Notes: generated by a model from the sequence alone, not told the origin. DNA of 64,000 nt from an uncultured Candidatus Rokubacteria bacterium (GCA_963754315.1 CAVWFS010000006.1:1-64000), one strand, 5' to 3'. Counted from the first letter of the stretch, positions 29,155 to 42,357 are shown. Program-made: numbers and translations.

Positions 29155-29907
29155 TCATCGCGTCCTCGGCTGGCGGAGCCAATCCTCGAGGCGGATGGTC
29201 CCGAGGTGCGCATGGTCGCCGGGCACCAGCGAGCGATCGTCGAGGCGAACGCCGAAATAGCCCGCCAGGGGGTCGGGGACGACCTCCCGCGGGTCGTTGG
29301 TTGCCTTGAGGTAGCGCGCGACCATCTCGCTCATCGGCAGCCGTTCGGGGCCGGCGATCTCGATCGTGTCGTTGAGAGGCGCGCCGAGCGCAGCGTCCGC
29401 CACGGCCTTGGCAACATCGTCGGCAGCGATGGGCTGGAAGCTGGCGTTCGAGAGGCGAACACGTGTGTTGTCGGTGCCAGCAGCGGCGATGGCGCCGAGA
29501 AATTCGAAGAACTGCGTGGCCCGAACGATCGTGTAGGGGATGCCTGCCTTCTTGATCGCCTCTTCCTGGGCCAGCTTGGCGCGAAAATAGCCACTATCCT
29601 GCAGGCGGTCGGTGCCGACGACCGAGAGGGCGACGTGATGACGGACGGAGGCCTCTCGCTCCGCGCGTGCGAGATTGCGGCCCGAGTTCTCGAAGAAGGC
29701 AAGGGCCGCTGCCGCCTCGAAAGACGGAGAGTTCGAGAGGTCGACGACCACCTGCGCGCCGGCCAGCGCCTCAGCCAGACCTTGGCCGGTCGTGGCATCC
29801 ACGCCGGTGTTGGGTGAGGCGGCCAGGGCCTGGTGACCCTGCTCGGTCAGCCTCTTCACGACCTTGGTGCCGATGAGGCCGGTGCCTCCAATCACGACGA
29901 TCTTCAT
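29155..29907 (-). CDS. NmrA-like atypical SDR/NAD(P)-binding protein
   Basis: MKIVVIGGTGLIG, YFRAK and VRATQFFEF. AAGGAG RBS. Confidence 0.9.
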   Translation of the reverse strand: MKIVVIGGTGLIGTKVVKRLTEQGHQALAASPNTGVDATTGQGLAEALAGAQVVVDLSNSPSFEAAAALAFFENSGRNLARAEREASVRHHVALSVVGTDRLQDSGYFRAKLAQEEAIKKAGIPYTIVRATQFFEFLGAIAAAGTDNTRVRLSNASFQPIAADDVAKAVADAALGAPLNDTIEIAGPERLPMSEMVARYLKATNDPREVVPDPLAGYFGVRLDDRSLVPGDHAHLGTIRLEDWLRQPRTR

Positions 29908-29942
29908 TGTGTGTCTCCTTCCTTTCCGCACAGCCTGCCGGT

Positions 29943-30060
29943 TCAGCGCTTGATGAAGGCGAGAAGGTCGGCATTGATCACATCGGCGTGTGTCGTGCAC
30001 ATGCCATGCGGAAACTCTCGTAGATCTTGAGCGTGCTCTTTTTGAGGAGTTTCGGAGTGT
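29943..30060 (-). pseudogene. C-terminal remnant of a non-heme chloroperoxidase-like alpha/beta hydrolase
   Basis: KLLKKSTLKIYE/FPHGMCTTHADVINADLLAFIKR, split over two frames. Confidence 0.7.
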
Positions 30061-30356
30061 AGGCGACATGAACGTCCTGCGCGGGCGGTTGCACCGTCCG
30101 TGGGCCCGTCCCGATGACGTAGTCTGCCAACTCGGACGCCGGCCGCCCCAGGAGTACCCAGGAGCCGCGCACAGGTCACATTACCTGCTTCTCCTCGCGC
30201 GCCGACCGCGCCCAACCGGTGAGCGCCATCCTATGCCGGCATACCGCGGGCGTCAATTGGCCGCATCGACTCAAAGTTTCGGTTACCGGAGGCGACCCCC
30301 CAGATTAGAAGTCACGGCTACCAATCCAGAAGCGGAGGACCGCGACACGAGCCAGC

Positions 30357-30870
30357 GTGCGCGAGTACGCCGCCCGACAGCGGGAGAGCTATCAGGCGGA
30401 CAGCCGGAGCAAGAAGCAGCGCCTCTTGGATGAGATCGAGATCGTGGCCGTCACCCACATGCACCGCAAGGCCGTCATCCGATTGCTGAGGCGCGCGCCG
30501 GGGAGCGGGGCGGTCCCGGTGCATTGTGCCTCCAGTGACCACGGGCTTCTACCGGTGCACGCTGTGCGTGGTGGACATCGCTCACCAGCTGGGTCGAGTT
30601 GCAAGCGGTCTGGGGCAAGCGGCCAGCATCGGGTCACCGCCGCCGTCCACGAAGTCCGGCGCCGCTTACCCATGGCCTACGAGGCATCGATAGCGACAAC
30701 GGCTCGGAGGTCATCAACCAAACTCTCTACGGGTATTGCCTCCGGGAGGGGCTCACCTTTACGCGCAGCCGCGCGTGGAGGAAGAATGACAGCGCGCACG
30801 TGGAGCAGAAGAACGGGGCAGTAGTGCGCCACCTCGTCGGCTATGATCGCTTTGCCTCGAAGCGCGTGCA
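30357..30870 (+). pseudogene. Degraded DDE transposase (a different integrase-core family)
   Basis: KQRLLDE...HRKAVIRLL and GIDSDNGSEVIN...FTRSRAWRKNDSAHVEQKN...LVGYDRF, with deletions and frameshifts. Confidence 0.75.
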
Positions 30871-31046
30871 TCAAGGCCGTGAAGGCGCGCATCGAGAGGT
30901 CAAGGCGTGCGCAGCAGGCCCATCGGAAAGAGCCGCGAACTCGCGTCGCATGAACACCGTTGGGAGGAACGCAGGTGAGCACGATTTCAGGGAACGATGA
31001 TCCGACGATCTACGACAAGGACCGAGTACTCACCGGCTGCAGGACG

Positions 31047-32519
31047 ATGTACCGAGGGCTGACCCGACTCGTGCTAGCAGCTATCCTGCCCGCGATAGTG
31101 CTTTGCGGCTGCGCGACGGTTGCCCCGGTCAACGTTCCAGTTGACCGTGTTGAACCGGAGACTGGCTACCGCATCGCAAAGTTTATGGTACGCGATCGAG
31201 GTCCAACGAACAACCCTGACGCACTTCTTCTACTAGCGTTCTCCGGCGGCGGCACTCGTGCCGCAGCTCTTTCTTACGGCGTACTTGAGGAGCTGCGGCG
31301 CACGCCGATCGTGGTCAAGGGGCACCAGCATTCCCTGCTCGACGAGGTGGACCTGATAGCTGGCGTGTCCGGTGGCAGCTTCACCGCATTGGCGTACGCG
31401 CTCTATGGCGAGCGGCTATTCCACGAGTATCAGCAACGCTTTCTCAAACGTAACGTTCAAGGTGAGCTGATCCAGCGAATCCTTAACCCAACTAACTGGC
31501 CGCGGCTGGCGAGCGATGGTTATGGCCGCTCCGAGCTCGCCGCGGACTATTACGACGAGATTCTCTTCGGAGGTGCCACATTCAACGATCTGATTCCGCT
31601 AGAAACTCCCGTCGCGGTCGTGACAGGGACGGACCTGTCCACTGGCGCACGATTCGAATTCTCGCAGGACACCTTTGATCTCCTATGTTCCGACCTCGGG
31701 TCAGTGCGGTTAGCCCGGGCAGCCGCGACATCGTCGGCAGTCCCCGTTCTTCTTTCTCCAGTTACCTATCGTAACTACGGCGGGAAGTGTGACGCTATGT
31801 TGCCGATCTGGGTTCAGGACGTTGCGAAGACAGAACACCCTGCCCGCCCGGCCGGACGAGCGTTGTTGCGCTATCGTGATTTCAAGGCGCTCGAGGACAG
31901 CGAGAACCGTCCCTACCTACACATCGTCGATGGCGGGGTCTCGGACAACCTCGGACTACGTGGCATGCTCGAAGCGTTGGAACAATTGGAGGCGAGTCCG
32001 GCGTTCCAACGCGAGATGCGCTTCTCCGAACTGCGTCATATCGTCGTCATCGTGGTCAATTCTCGCTCGGCCCCTGCCACCGATTGGGATCGAAAACCTG
32101 CGCCGCCGGGTATTGTGTCGCAGTTGATCCAAGCCTCAAGCGTTCCGATCGATCATTTCTCCTTCGAATCGGTGGAACTCTTGCGAGATATGGCGGCGCG
32201 GTGGGCGGACCGACGCGAGCTCGCGATTGCGCGGCGCGTCGATGCTGGCCAATCGCGGACCGAGGCCGAGGCAGCCGTGCCAAGGATTACATTCGATGCG
32301 ATCGATGTCAGCTTTGACGCGATCGAAGACCCATCGGAGCGGCGTGAATTTATGGAGATGCCGACGACGTTCTTCTTGCCCGCGGAATCCATCGACCGGC
32401 TGCGTGAATTGGGTGGCCGGCTTCTGCGCGACTCGCGCCCCTATAAGATTCTGCTCGAGCGCATTGCGGAGCTCGCGAAACGCGACACTCCATCGTCCGT
32501 GAAGCCAAGTCCGGACTGA
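31047..32519 (+). CDS. Patatin-like phospholipase, probable lipoprotein
   Basis: LCGC lipobox-like site, SGGGTRAAA, GVSGG (catalytic Ser) and DGG. Confidence 0.9.
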   Translation: MYRGLTRLVLAAILPAIVLCGCATVAPVNVPVDRVEPETGYRIAKFMVRDRGPTNNPDALLLLAFSGGGTRAAALSYGVLEELRRTPIVVKGHQHSLLDEVDLIAGVSGGSFTALAYALYGERLFHEYQQRFLKRNVQGELIQRILNPTNWPRLASDGYGRSELAADYYDEILFGGATFNDLIPLETPVAVVTGTDLSTGARFEFSQDTFDLLCSDLGSVRLARAAATSSAVPVLLSPVTYRNYGGKCDAMLPIWVQDVAKTEHPARPAGRALLRYRDFKALEDSENRPYLHIVDGGVSDNLGLRGMLEALEQLEASPAFQREMRFSELRHIVVIVVNSRSAPATDWDRKPAPPGIVSQLIQASSVPIDHFSFESVELLRDMAARWADRRELAIARRVDAGQSRTEAEAAVPRITFDAIDVSFDAIEDPSERREFMEMPTTFFLPAESIDRLRELGGRLLRDSRPYKILLERIAELAKRDTPSSVKPSPD

Positions 32520-32672
32520 GAACGGCATCGGCCTTTCCCGAGACGCAGGCGGTTCCAGCCTGGTTCCAACTAGCGGCCATCAATCCGACCTGCGGCGATC
32601 ATTGGGGAACCGTGAGCGCATGGGAAAACGTTAGGATGCCTCGCTCGAGCCGTCGTGGGCACGCCCCGGTGG

Positions 32673-32716
32673 GGATCGTGATCAGCAGTCCGCGGGTTCA
32701 AATCCCGCCCCTTCCC
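32673..32716 (+). pseudogene. Degenerate tRNA 3' fragment (Thr-like)
   Basis: Perfect T-arm GCGGG-TTCAAAT-CCCGC preceded by TCGTGATCAGCAG. No 5' half or CCA. Confidence 0.35.
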
Positions 32717-32900
32717 GAAGGCGCGGTTGACCTAAGACTGGAAGTATGTGGAGGCGAGCATGGAGCTGTAACTCCGGTGCGCCCCATCTGTCCAGCCATT
32801 GTGTCCTTCGCCGGCGAGCATCGCGTAGGCCGGATGGTCAAGTCCGAGATTGAGCCGGCAGTTCGCCCATGAGTGCTGGGGCACCCATCTCAGCGGAGTT

Positions 32901-33251
32901 TCACTTCTTGACGAGAAGCTCAAGCCCATCGGCGCATGCGCGGGCTACCGCATGGTTCGCCTTCTCTTGCCCGGGCATCTTGTCCCAGCCACCTTTCTCG
33001 ATGACTTCGGCTCTTTGCCAGCTGCTGCCGTCCCCGAGTGCTTTCAGTTTCTCAGCGGCATCTGGTTGCTTCATGAATTGGGCGACGCAGATCGCCGCCT
33101 GACTGGCCAAGACCGCCTCGGTGGTCTTGGTTTGGGTGGTACCGGCGGTCGTCCAGCCGCCCCACCCGAAACCGACGATCATGGCGATGACGGCCCCGCA
33201 AACGAAGCCCCACGTTCCATACTTGATCTTCGCTGCCCGCTCTGGCTTCAT
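32901..33251 (-). CDS. Conserved hypothetical membrane-anchored protein (paralog of 46913-47326)
   Basis: GAVIAMIVGFGWGGW...ICVAQFMKQPDAA...IEKGGW.KMPG...ACA. GGAGG RBS and ATGA overlap with the glucan gene stop. Confidence 0.8.
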   Translation of the reverse strand: MKPERAAKIKYGTWGFVCGAVIAMIVGFGWGGWTTAGTTQTKTTEAVLASQAAICVAQFMKQPDAAEKLKALGDGSSWQRAEVIEKGGWDKMPGQEKANHAVARACADGLELLVKK

Positions 33252-36200
33252 GACACATCCTCCTGTGTGAATGTCCAACGGGCCGCTATTTCGGCCGCCC
33301 GTCGGTCTTGCTCTTCGCCGAGGACGACGCGCACGCGGCGAGTCGCGCCGTCGCCGATGAGGGGGAGACGGGCAGGGCCAGGCGCCAGAGGGATTCCGTC
33401 GACCTCGACGCCGGCGATGCCGCGCGTCACCCCGCGCGGGTTCTCGACGGTGATCTCGTAGCGCGACGCGTGGTACCGGAAGGTGATTTCGAATCGTCGC
33501 CATGCGCGCGGGATACAGGGATCCAGATAGAGGATCGCGCCGCGCACGCGGAAGCCGAGGAGCCACTCCACCCCCGCCCGGTACATCCAGCCGGCCGAGC
33601 CCGTGTACCACGTCCAGCCCCCGCGGCCGACGTGCGGGGGCTCGGAATAGACGTCGGCGGCGGCGACATAGGGCTCCACCTTGTATCGATGAACGCCGGC
33701 CCGAGTGCTCGTGCGGTTGATCGGATTCAGGATCGAGAAGAGCTCGTTGGCCTTGTCGCCGTCTCCGAGGGCGGCAAACGCCATGACTGCCCAGATCGCA
33801 GCATGGGTATACTGGCCCCCGTTTTCGCGAACCCCGGGCGGGTAACCCTTGACGTAGCCAGGGTTGAGGGACGAACGGTCGAACGGCGGGGTGAACAGGA
33901 GGACCAGCTCCTGGGCGCGCTGGACGAGATACTCCTCGACGGCGGCCATGGCGCGTGCCGCGCGCTCGGGCTCCGCGGCCCCGGAGATCACGCCCCAGGA
34001 CTGCGCGATCGAGTCGATGCGGCATTCCTCGTTGAGGACCGACCCGAGCGGGCTCCCATCGTCGAAGTAGGCGCGACGGTACCAGTCCCCGTCCCACCCG
34101 TGCTCCTCGAGGGCCTCTTTGAGGGCGCGCACGTGAGCACGCCACCGGTCGGCGCGGGCGGTCTCGCCCCGCGTGTCGGCCAGCCGCGCGAATTCCCAGA
34201 GCGTCGTATGGAGAAACCACGCGAGCCACACACTTTCCCCTCGCCCATCGTGGCCCACTCGGTTCATGCCGTCGTTCCAGTCGCCGGTGCCGATGAGGGG
34301 CAGACCGTGCGCACCGACGGCCAGGCTCCGGTCGAGCGCGCGGGCGCCGTGCTCGAACAGCGTGCCTCGCTCGGCGGAGACGCGAGGCTGAAAGTAGGCT
34401 TCGTGCTGTCCCGCGGCCAGGGCCGCCCCCTCCAGGAAGGGGACCACCTCGTCCAGCACCGCCGCATCGCCGGTGGCTTCCACGTAGTGGGCAACGGCGT
34501 ACGGCAACCAGACCAGGTCGTCGGAGATCCGGGTGCGGACTCCCCGATCGGCCGGGGGGTGCCACCAGTGCTGGACGTCGCCCTCTACGAACTGGTGGGC
34601 GGCGGCCCGGAGGACGTGCTCGCGTGCGACGTCCCGGCTGGCCGCCGTAAGGGCCATGACGTCCTGGAGTTGGTCACGAAAGCCATAGGCGCCCCCGGCC
34701 TGATAGAAGGCGGAACGGGCCCAGACCCGACACGCTAGCGTCTGGTACAGGAGCCACCGGTTGAGCATGAGGTCCAGAGAGCGGTCCGGTGTCTTGACCT
34801 GGAGGGCACCCACGATGTCGTCCCACCGAGTCTTGATGGTTTGCCACGCCAGTTCGAGGTCTGCCGCGCGATAGCGAGTGAGGAGGGCACGGGCCTCCTC
34901 GAGCGTCGCGGTCTGGCCGAGGAAGAGGACGATCTCGCTGCGTCCGCCGGGCGGAATGTCGATCACCGTCTGCAGGACGGCGCAGGGATCCAGGCCAGCA
35001 CCGACCCTTCCCGACGGGCGATTCCCCCGTTCCAGCAGCGCGGGATGATCCAGCGTTCCATGGCGCCCCAGGAATTCCATCCGATCGCCCGTCCACGCCG
35101 TCTGGCGTCCACCAAGGTCAGCGAAGGCAACACGACCGCCGAAATCGATGCTCCAGGGGTTGCGCGCGAGGAGGGCCCCCGTGTCAGGATCGATCTCCGT
35201 TGCAATGAAGGGTGCCGTCACGCTGCGCGAGACGCCCAGTACCCACTCGACGTACGCGGTCACCGAGAGACGCCGGGACTTGCCGGATCGATTCTCGAGC
35301 GTCAGCCGCGAGATCTTTACCGGGTCTTCGGGCGGGACGAACTGAAGGAGATCGAGGGCAATGCCATGGGACGTGTGCTCGAAGCGACTGTACCCCTGAC
35401 CAAACCGAACCAGGTAAGGCCACCCCTCTTCTCGGATGGGCAGCACGGTTGGGCCCCAGAGAGCTCCGGTCTCTTCATCCCGGACATAGATCGCCTCGCC
35501 CGGCGGGTCGCTGACCGCATCGTTGGACCACGCCGACAGCTGATTCTCGCGACTGTTGAGCGACCACGTGTAGCCGGCGCCGGACTCCGAGGTCTGGAAG
35601 CCGAAGCTGGGATTGGCAATGACGTTCACCCAGGGGGCCGGCGTCCACTGCCCAGGGCCGAGGACAATGACGTACTCGCGTCCGTCATCGACGAACCCCC
35701 CCAGACCGTTGAAGAACTCCAATGTCGGGGCGGGGTAGCGGAATGTCGACGGACGATTCCGCGAGGGCCCGGCGGCGTGGCGGGGGGGCGGCCTCGGTCC
35801 GGGTGAGATCGACCCGAGCGAGCTGCTCGGCGAGGGATCCCCTGTCGACTCAGGAGGATGGCGCGGGAGGCTGCATGCAGCGCGTCTCGGTCCTGCGTCG
35901 AGAGGAGGTCCTTGCGAACGATGAACACATTTCCGTGTGGCCCGTGCTGGTCATGCCGCGACCCCGACTGGCTCGTCCGGACCAGCGCTTCCAGGGAGGC
36001 CTGAAGCTCCTCCGTATAGGATTGGGCCTTCTCGTTCAGAATGACGAGATCGACGGCCAAGCCCTTCAGGCGCCAGTACTCGTGAGCGCGGAGGAGTTGG
36101 CGGACGATCCCTCGATCCTCGGGTTCGTCGATCCGGACCAGGACGACCGGGAGGTCACCCGAGATCCGGTGCGCCCACAGGGCGGCGGGGCCCGACGTAT

Positions 36201-39200
36201 TGCGGTTCAGCACCTCTGTGGAGGGCCGGAGGGTGGGGTCGGAGTACAGGATCCGACTGGCCAGACTCTGGAACAGATGGGCCTCATCCGCCCCGATCCC
36301 GAGATGATGTAACTGGACCTGCGCCTGCGTCCAGGCCAACGTGACGGTGCGCTCGAAGGCAGCTGGGTCGCGATACTCGTCGGCAGAGCCGCACGGCTTC
36401 CTCGCGTGAAGGGGTGACCAGCGTGGAGAAGAGGAGCCGAGCGCTCTCGCCCGGTGCGCAGACGAACACGTCGCCTGAGGCTGAAGATCGGGTCGAGGAC
36501 CGAGCCCACGGTGTTCGACAGCGGTCGACCGTCGATCACGGCCAGCGGGGTGCGGATTCCGCGACCCCGACCCAGGAAGCGCGCTCGGTCGGTTTCGTAC
36601 TGGGTGCCCCCTCCGGACTGGCCTTCGACCGCGACGATGTGGGCCGCCCATACGGACGGTTCGTCGGGGGAGCGGTGGCGACGGGTGGCCAGCAGAGCCC
36701 CGAGGGAACCGATCCATTCTGTCTGGACGAACAGACTGGAAAAGGCCGGGTGGGCGGCATCCGCGGCGTCCGGGGCCAGCACCACCTCGCTGTACGACGT
36801 CAACTCGATCTCCCTCACTTGATCGCCGAGGTTCGTGAGCGAAACGCGGCGAAGCTCCACGTCCTCTTGCGGAGACACGAGGACATCGAGCGTGGTTGTG
36901 ATGGCGCCGTCGCGCCGGTGAATCTCTGCGCGCTCTTCGAAGAACGTCGCGCGGTAGACGTCTGGCTCCACACCCGTGGGTTGGTATCCGGTAGACCACA
37001 CGGCGCCGTTCTGGGCGTCGCGCAGGAAGATGTACGATCCCCAGTGGTCGCGGGTGGCATCCGTGCGCCATCGCGTGATGGCCAGGTCGGCGCAGCGACT
37101 GTAGCCGGAGCCCGCCGCCGTCAGCATCACCATGTATCGCCCATTGGAGAGCAGGTGGGTGCGCGGGGCCAAGTCGTGCGGGGACGTGTACTGACGGAAA
37201 ACTGGCTCCACGAAATCGGGGACATGGGCCCGCGTTGGCACTTCGTCCACGGGGGGCCGAACGACCGCCACGTCCGTGGGCGCGCGTTCCTGCAGGAGCA
37301 GATCGGTGGCTTGTACGATCGGCTCGAGATGGAAGCGCGCGCGCATCACGCCACCTCGCAGGACGTTCGCCAGCGCCACGATGGCCATGCCCTGGTGATG
37401 CGCCATGTAGGTGCGGACGATTGCCACCGAGCTCCCTTCGGGGAGGCGTGATCTCGTGTAGTCGAGCGCCTCGTAAAACCCGAAGGAACCCCGCGCGCCG
37501 GTTTCGGCTAGGCGCGAGAGGTTGTGGGCAGCGGCCACGGGATCGACCATGGCGGCCAGGACGGTCGCGTAAGGCGCCACCACGAGGTCTTCGCTGAGGC
37601 CACGCTCGAGACCCAAGCCCGGCACTCCGAAGTTCGAATACTGGTACGTCAGATCCAGGTCGCGAACGTTGTAGGCAGATTCGGATATTCCCCACGGGAT
37701 TCCGCGTTCGGTGCCGTAGCTCATTTGACGACGGACGACCAGGCGATACGTCTGGTCAAGCAAGCTTTCCGGCGGGGAGTGCATGACGAGCACGGGCATC
37801 AGGTATTCGAACATCGAGCCCGACCAGGAGACGAGCGCCGATCCGAGCGCGACCGGGGTCATCGGACGACCTAGTCTGAACCAATGGGAGGAAGGAACCT
37901 CGCCTTTGGCAATCGCGATGAAACTCGCGAGCCGCGCTTCGGAGGCGAGCAGATCGTACTCGCCGGGGTCGAGGCTGCCGTCCGTGACGCGGTAGCCGAT
38001 CGAGAACATCTTGCGAGCCGGGTCGAAGAGGAAGCCGAACTGCATCGCGTCGAAGAGTTCCTTGGTGAGATCGGCGACGGCCAGAAGACGGCGGACGAGC
38101 GTGCGGGCGGCCTCGGCGGAGCGCTCGAGTGTCTCGATGATCGCATCGAGGCGCGCGATCGCCCCCCCGCCGGCGGCGCCTTCCTGCGGCACGGAAGCGC
38201 GGAGGATGGTCAACTCGCCAATGGCTGCCTGACAGCGATCCACCAAGTCGGTGGGAGTTGGAGGCGAGGACATGAGGTTCTCGATGACCCGCCCGGCCTC
38301 GGGAAAAGCGCTCGCGAGCTCAGCCGCGGCGGCCGCGAGCGGCGGCGCCCACGGCATGATCGTTTCGAAGTCACGCTCGTGGCTGGCTACGGTGGTGCGT
38401 ACCGCCTGGGCCCAGACGACGACCTCGGAGTCGGCTCCGTCATCGCGCTCGGCGTCAGGGTGCGTGCGATGTCCACCAGCGTGTCGGCCTGTGCGGCCAC
38501 GCGACGAAGACCAGCTGCCCATGCGGCCAGGCTCGTCGGGGGCTCGCGTAGCGCGGCCACCAGCGTGTCGGCGGCCTGATCGAGATCGGCCAGGGTGACG
38601 GTCTGACTACGCTGGTCGTCGGCGAGGACGGCGGCGGTCTCTTGGACGAGCAGCACCGCGTCCTCGATGCCAGTGAGCGTTTCTCGATCTAGCAGCGGGC
38701 GCTCGACTGCGCCCCGACAAGCATTGCCGAGTACCAGGAGATGACCCGCGAGGTTTCCACTGTCGACGGTGGAGACGTAGCGGGGCTCCAGCGGGCGGAG
38801 ATCGGCCGTGTCATACCAGTTGTAGAAGTGGCCCCGAAACCGCTCCAGGCGGCTCATCGTCGCGAGGGTGGCCTCGATCCGTTCCAGAGTCTCCAATGTC
38901 CCGAGCCAGCCGAAATCACGCGCCGCCACCGTGGCCAGCAAACTGAGCCCGATGTTGGTGGGCGACGTGCGATGGGCGAGCGCCGGCTTTGGATCCTCCT
39001 GGAAGTTGTCGGGAGGCAGGAAGGTGTCGTCCGGGCCGACAAAGGTCTCGAAGAACCGCCAGGTGCGGCGCGCCGTGGTGCGGAGGATGCTGGCGTCGGA
39101 TGGAGTGGGGATCGGGGTTGAAGACACCGGCGAGGGACGGCTGACCCAGCGGGCCACCAGGGGCGATAGGACCCAGAGCAAGACGAACGGTGCGGCCAGG

Positions 39201-42129
39201 ACACCGTTTTCTGGCCTGGTGAAGGCGACCAGGACCCCCGCGGCGCCGGCGAGCACGAGGGCGCCCGCCATGCGGCGGTACACGCCGATCACGTGCAGGG
39301 CAGATCCCGACTTGGATTGGGCGGCGGTCACCCATGCGAGTAGCCGTCGGCGGGTCACGTACAGACGGACGAGGGTCCGCGCGATGGCATCGCCCATCAG
39401 CCACGCCTGATGGGCCAGCAAGGTGACGGTGAGCGAAATCTGGGCGGCGGCAAGGGCAAAGCTCCTCCCGACGGCGCGGAGGTGGGTCCGCTTGGAGACG
39501 CCCGATCGCTCGGGAATCACCTCCTCGAAGGCCGGTACCAGCGCGGGAAGCGCGATGATGACGAGCACGAACATCGTCCACACCAGGGACGGACTTCCGG
39601 GCAGCGTCCAGCCTGCGAGCAGCGTGAGCCAGGCGGTAGGCGCCGACAGGGTGCGGCGGAGATTGTCGATCATCTTCCACAGACCCGTGAGGGGGATCCG
39701 TGTTCGACGCGTTTCGCCGACGGTGCCCGCGATGATCCAGGGGAGCAGTTGCCAATCTCCGCGCGCCCACCGGTGCTGCCGCGCGGCCGCGACCTCGTAA
39801 TGCGATGGGAACTCTTCGAAGAGCTCGATATCGGTGACGAGTCCCGCCCGGGCGAAGATCCCCTCGAAGAGGTCGTGGCTCAACAGGGCGTTCTCGGGGA
39901 CGCGTCCGGCCAGGGCCGCTTCGAAGCTGTCGACCTCATAGATGCCCTTGCCGGTATAGGAGCCCTCGCCAAACAGGTCCTGGTAGACATCGGACACGGC
40001 GGCGGCATAGGGATCGACTCCGGCCGGACCGGCGAAGACCCGCTGGAAGAGAGACCCGAGCCGGTCGGAAGGCATCGTGGGAGTGATACGAGGTTGAAGG
40101 ACAGCGTATCCGTCGACGACGCGGCCCACCTCAGCGTCGAACGCGGCCCGGTTGAGGGGATGCGCGATGGTGCCCACCAGGCGGCGGGCGGCGTCCCGGG
40201 GCAGGCGGGTATCAGCATCGAGCGTGATCACGTAGCGGACGGCCGCCGGCACGAGGGCGGGCGCCCACGCGTGGTCAAGAACGTCGTGTCGCTCGCGCCC
40301 CTGAGCAGCCGGTTGAGTTCGTGAAGTTTCCCACGCTTGCGCTCCCACCCCATCCAGGTGCCTTGCGTTTCATTCCAGACTCGTCGTCGGTGGAGCAAGA
40401 GAAACCGTTCTCCGTCGTCGGAAACCGAGCGGTGACGTCGGTTGAGACGCGCGATCGCCTCCATGGCGCCCGCGAGGAGCCGGTCATCGTCCGGCCGCGT
40501 CTCCGTGGGCGCGTCCGTCCAGTCGGAGAGGAGAGCAAAGCGAATGTCACCATCTGGGTTGGCGAGGTAGTGGATCTCCAGACGACTGGCCTGTGCTTCG
40601 ACCTCGGCTTCGCTCGTCAATAGGGCGGGCACCACCACCAGGGTTCGCAGGTCCGACGGGACTCCATCGGGGAGCTCGAGGCGCGGTAGTGGCTTCGGGC
40701 CAAGCACGTCCATGACCGTGCGGTTGATCAGCGCGACCGCGAGGTCGGAGGCTGGAAGCAATGCGACCAGACCGAGGAGAATGAGCACGCTGGGACTCAC
40801 GCCCGAGGCGTGGGCGGCGAGCAGCGGGACGGCCAGGAGCAGGCCGGTCACGACGCCAATGGTGGCGAGGTACCGCGGCAATGCGCCAGAGACAAAGGCG
40901 CGAAGCAACCACCGCTTGAGGGGAACGTGGTAGCCGATTTCCCGCTCGAAGAGCGGCCGGCCGCCCCCGAGCAGGTAGTAACCCGGATCTTCGAATCGAT
41001 CGCCGGGAGGTGCGCTGGCGGGCGGCGCCGCCTCCGCGGCGCCGTGAGCGCGGGCGATCGCCTGCCGAGTCACGTCGAGCTCGGATCGCTTGGCGCCCCG
41101 GGCGAGATCTTCGATCTCGTGGCGGTAGCGGTCGCGCGTCGCGAAGTCCATGCCGCCAAAGTGGCTGGCGGCGCGGAGCGCCTCATCGACGAGGCTGACG
41201 CTTTCGAAGAACTGCGTCCAGTCGAATTTCGACATCGTCCGCATACTGGTGATCACGTTGCGGACTGTCACATTCAGTCGAGGCCTGGCGCTGGTGCTCG
41301 GCTCGCACCAGCTCGTCGGGCGATGTTCCCAACGCCGACAGCTGTTCACTAAGCCAGCGCAGCGCCGGCGTCGACACGGGGTCCTGCTCGCGGAGGCGCT
41401 GGACGAGCTGCACGGTGAAGGCGCTGGGCCAGGCGGCCGCTTCGATGTGTTGGAAGGCCAGGGGTCGGGCGGGTTGCCCGCCGAGCCCAAGCAACTCATT
41501 CGCCAAGGCGTCGGCGTCATGGCGGGCCGTACGTGCCTGGACGATCTCGTTCGGCGAGACGGCGAAGGTTCTCCACGAGCACCATCCGCAACGCGATGGG
41601 GACGGCCCACAGCTCACCGACGGTGAGCGGCTGCGTCGCGCTGGAAGGCCCGGACGAAGCGCCGGAGCACTTCGGGCTCGAAGTGGCTGTCGGTGTGGGC
41701 GACGAAGGCCCAGGTCAGGCCGAGGACGCGCGGATAGCCGTGCAGGGGGCCGTCCGCGAGCTTGGGCAGCTCGCGGTAGAACCCGTCCGGTAGGTCCTCC
41801 TGGATCGACCGCAGAGCCTCGTCCACGACGTGAAAGTTGTCGAGGAACCACTCCGCGGCTGGCGTGAGGGCGCCTTCCGCGCGGATGACGGCGGCCATCG
41901 CGCGATAACATTGGAGGAGCACGCGTTTGCTGTCTCGCACGCGGGGTGAGAGGGGACGACCGCGCTTGCCCCCATCCAGGATGCGCTGGCCAGCGAGGCT
42001 TTCGGCGTGCTGCTCCAATCGCTCGGGGCTGAAGAGTTCCGCTCGAATGGGATCCTGCGACTCGGGCATCAGTGACGTGGCGGGCGCGTTCACGTCCCGG
42101 AGGAGCAACGCCTTCAGTCCAGTTTGCAT
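33248..42129 (-). pseudogene. ndvB: NdvB/ChvB-like cyclic beta-1,2-glucan synthase/phosphorylase (glycosyltransferase, glucoamylase-like and GH94 regions), split by many frameshifts
   Basis: PIRAELFS.ERLEQHA, WMGWERKRGKL, ITLDADT, SHDLFEG, HRWARGDWQL, SWSGSMFEYLMP, WGISES, GAYGFRDQLQD, GDWNDGM, RENGGQYTH and GWTWYTGSAGW occur in order across about 8.9 kb in several frames. Confidence 0.88.
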
Positions 42130-42357
42130 GGACTCGGCACGATCTGTGTACAGGGCGGGGACGGTGGACTGGGCTTTGTCGCCCTGCTGATGGCTGGCTT
42201 TCGCGAGTCGCTTACAGAACCACCACGGCTGACGGCGCGCGCAAGCACACAGATGACGAATCGTGATGACGGCAACCACCGCGCTGGCGGAACAGCGCGG
42301 ACGACCAGACATACACCATGTTCATTTCATCCTCACTCTAGCCGACGTCATCAGGGT

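Noticed and set aside
33248..42129. Several separate glucan genes or programmed frameshifting
   Set aside because: The motifs are collinear with one NdvB-like protein, and the breaks are many and irregular with no evident slippery sites.
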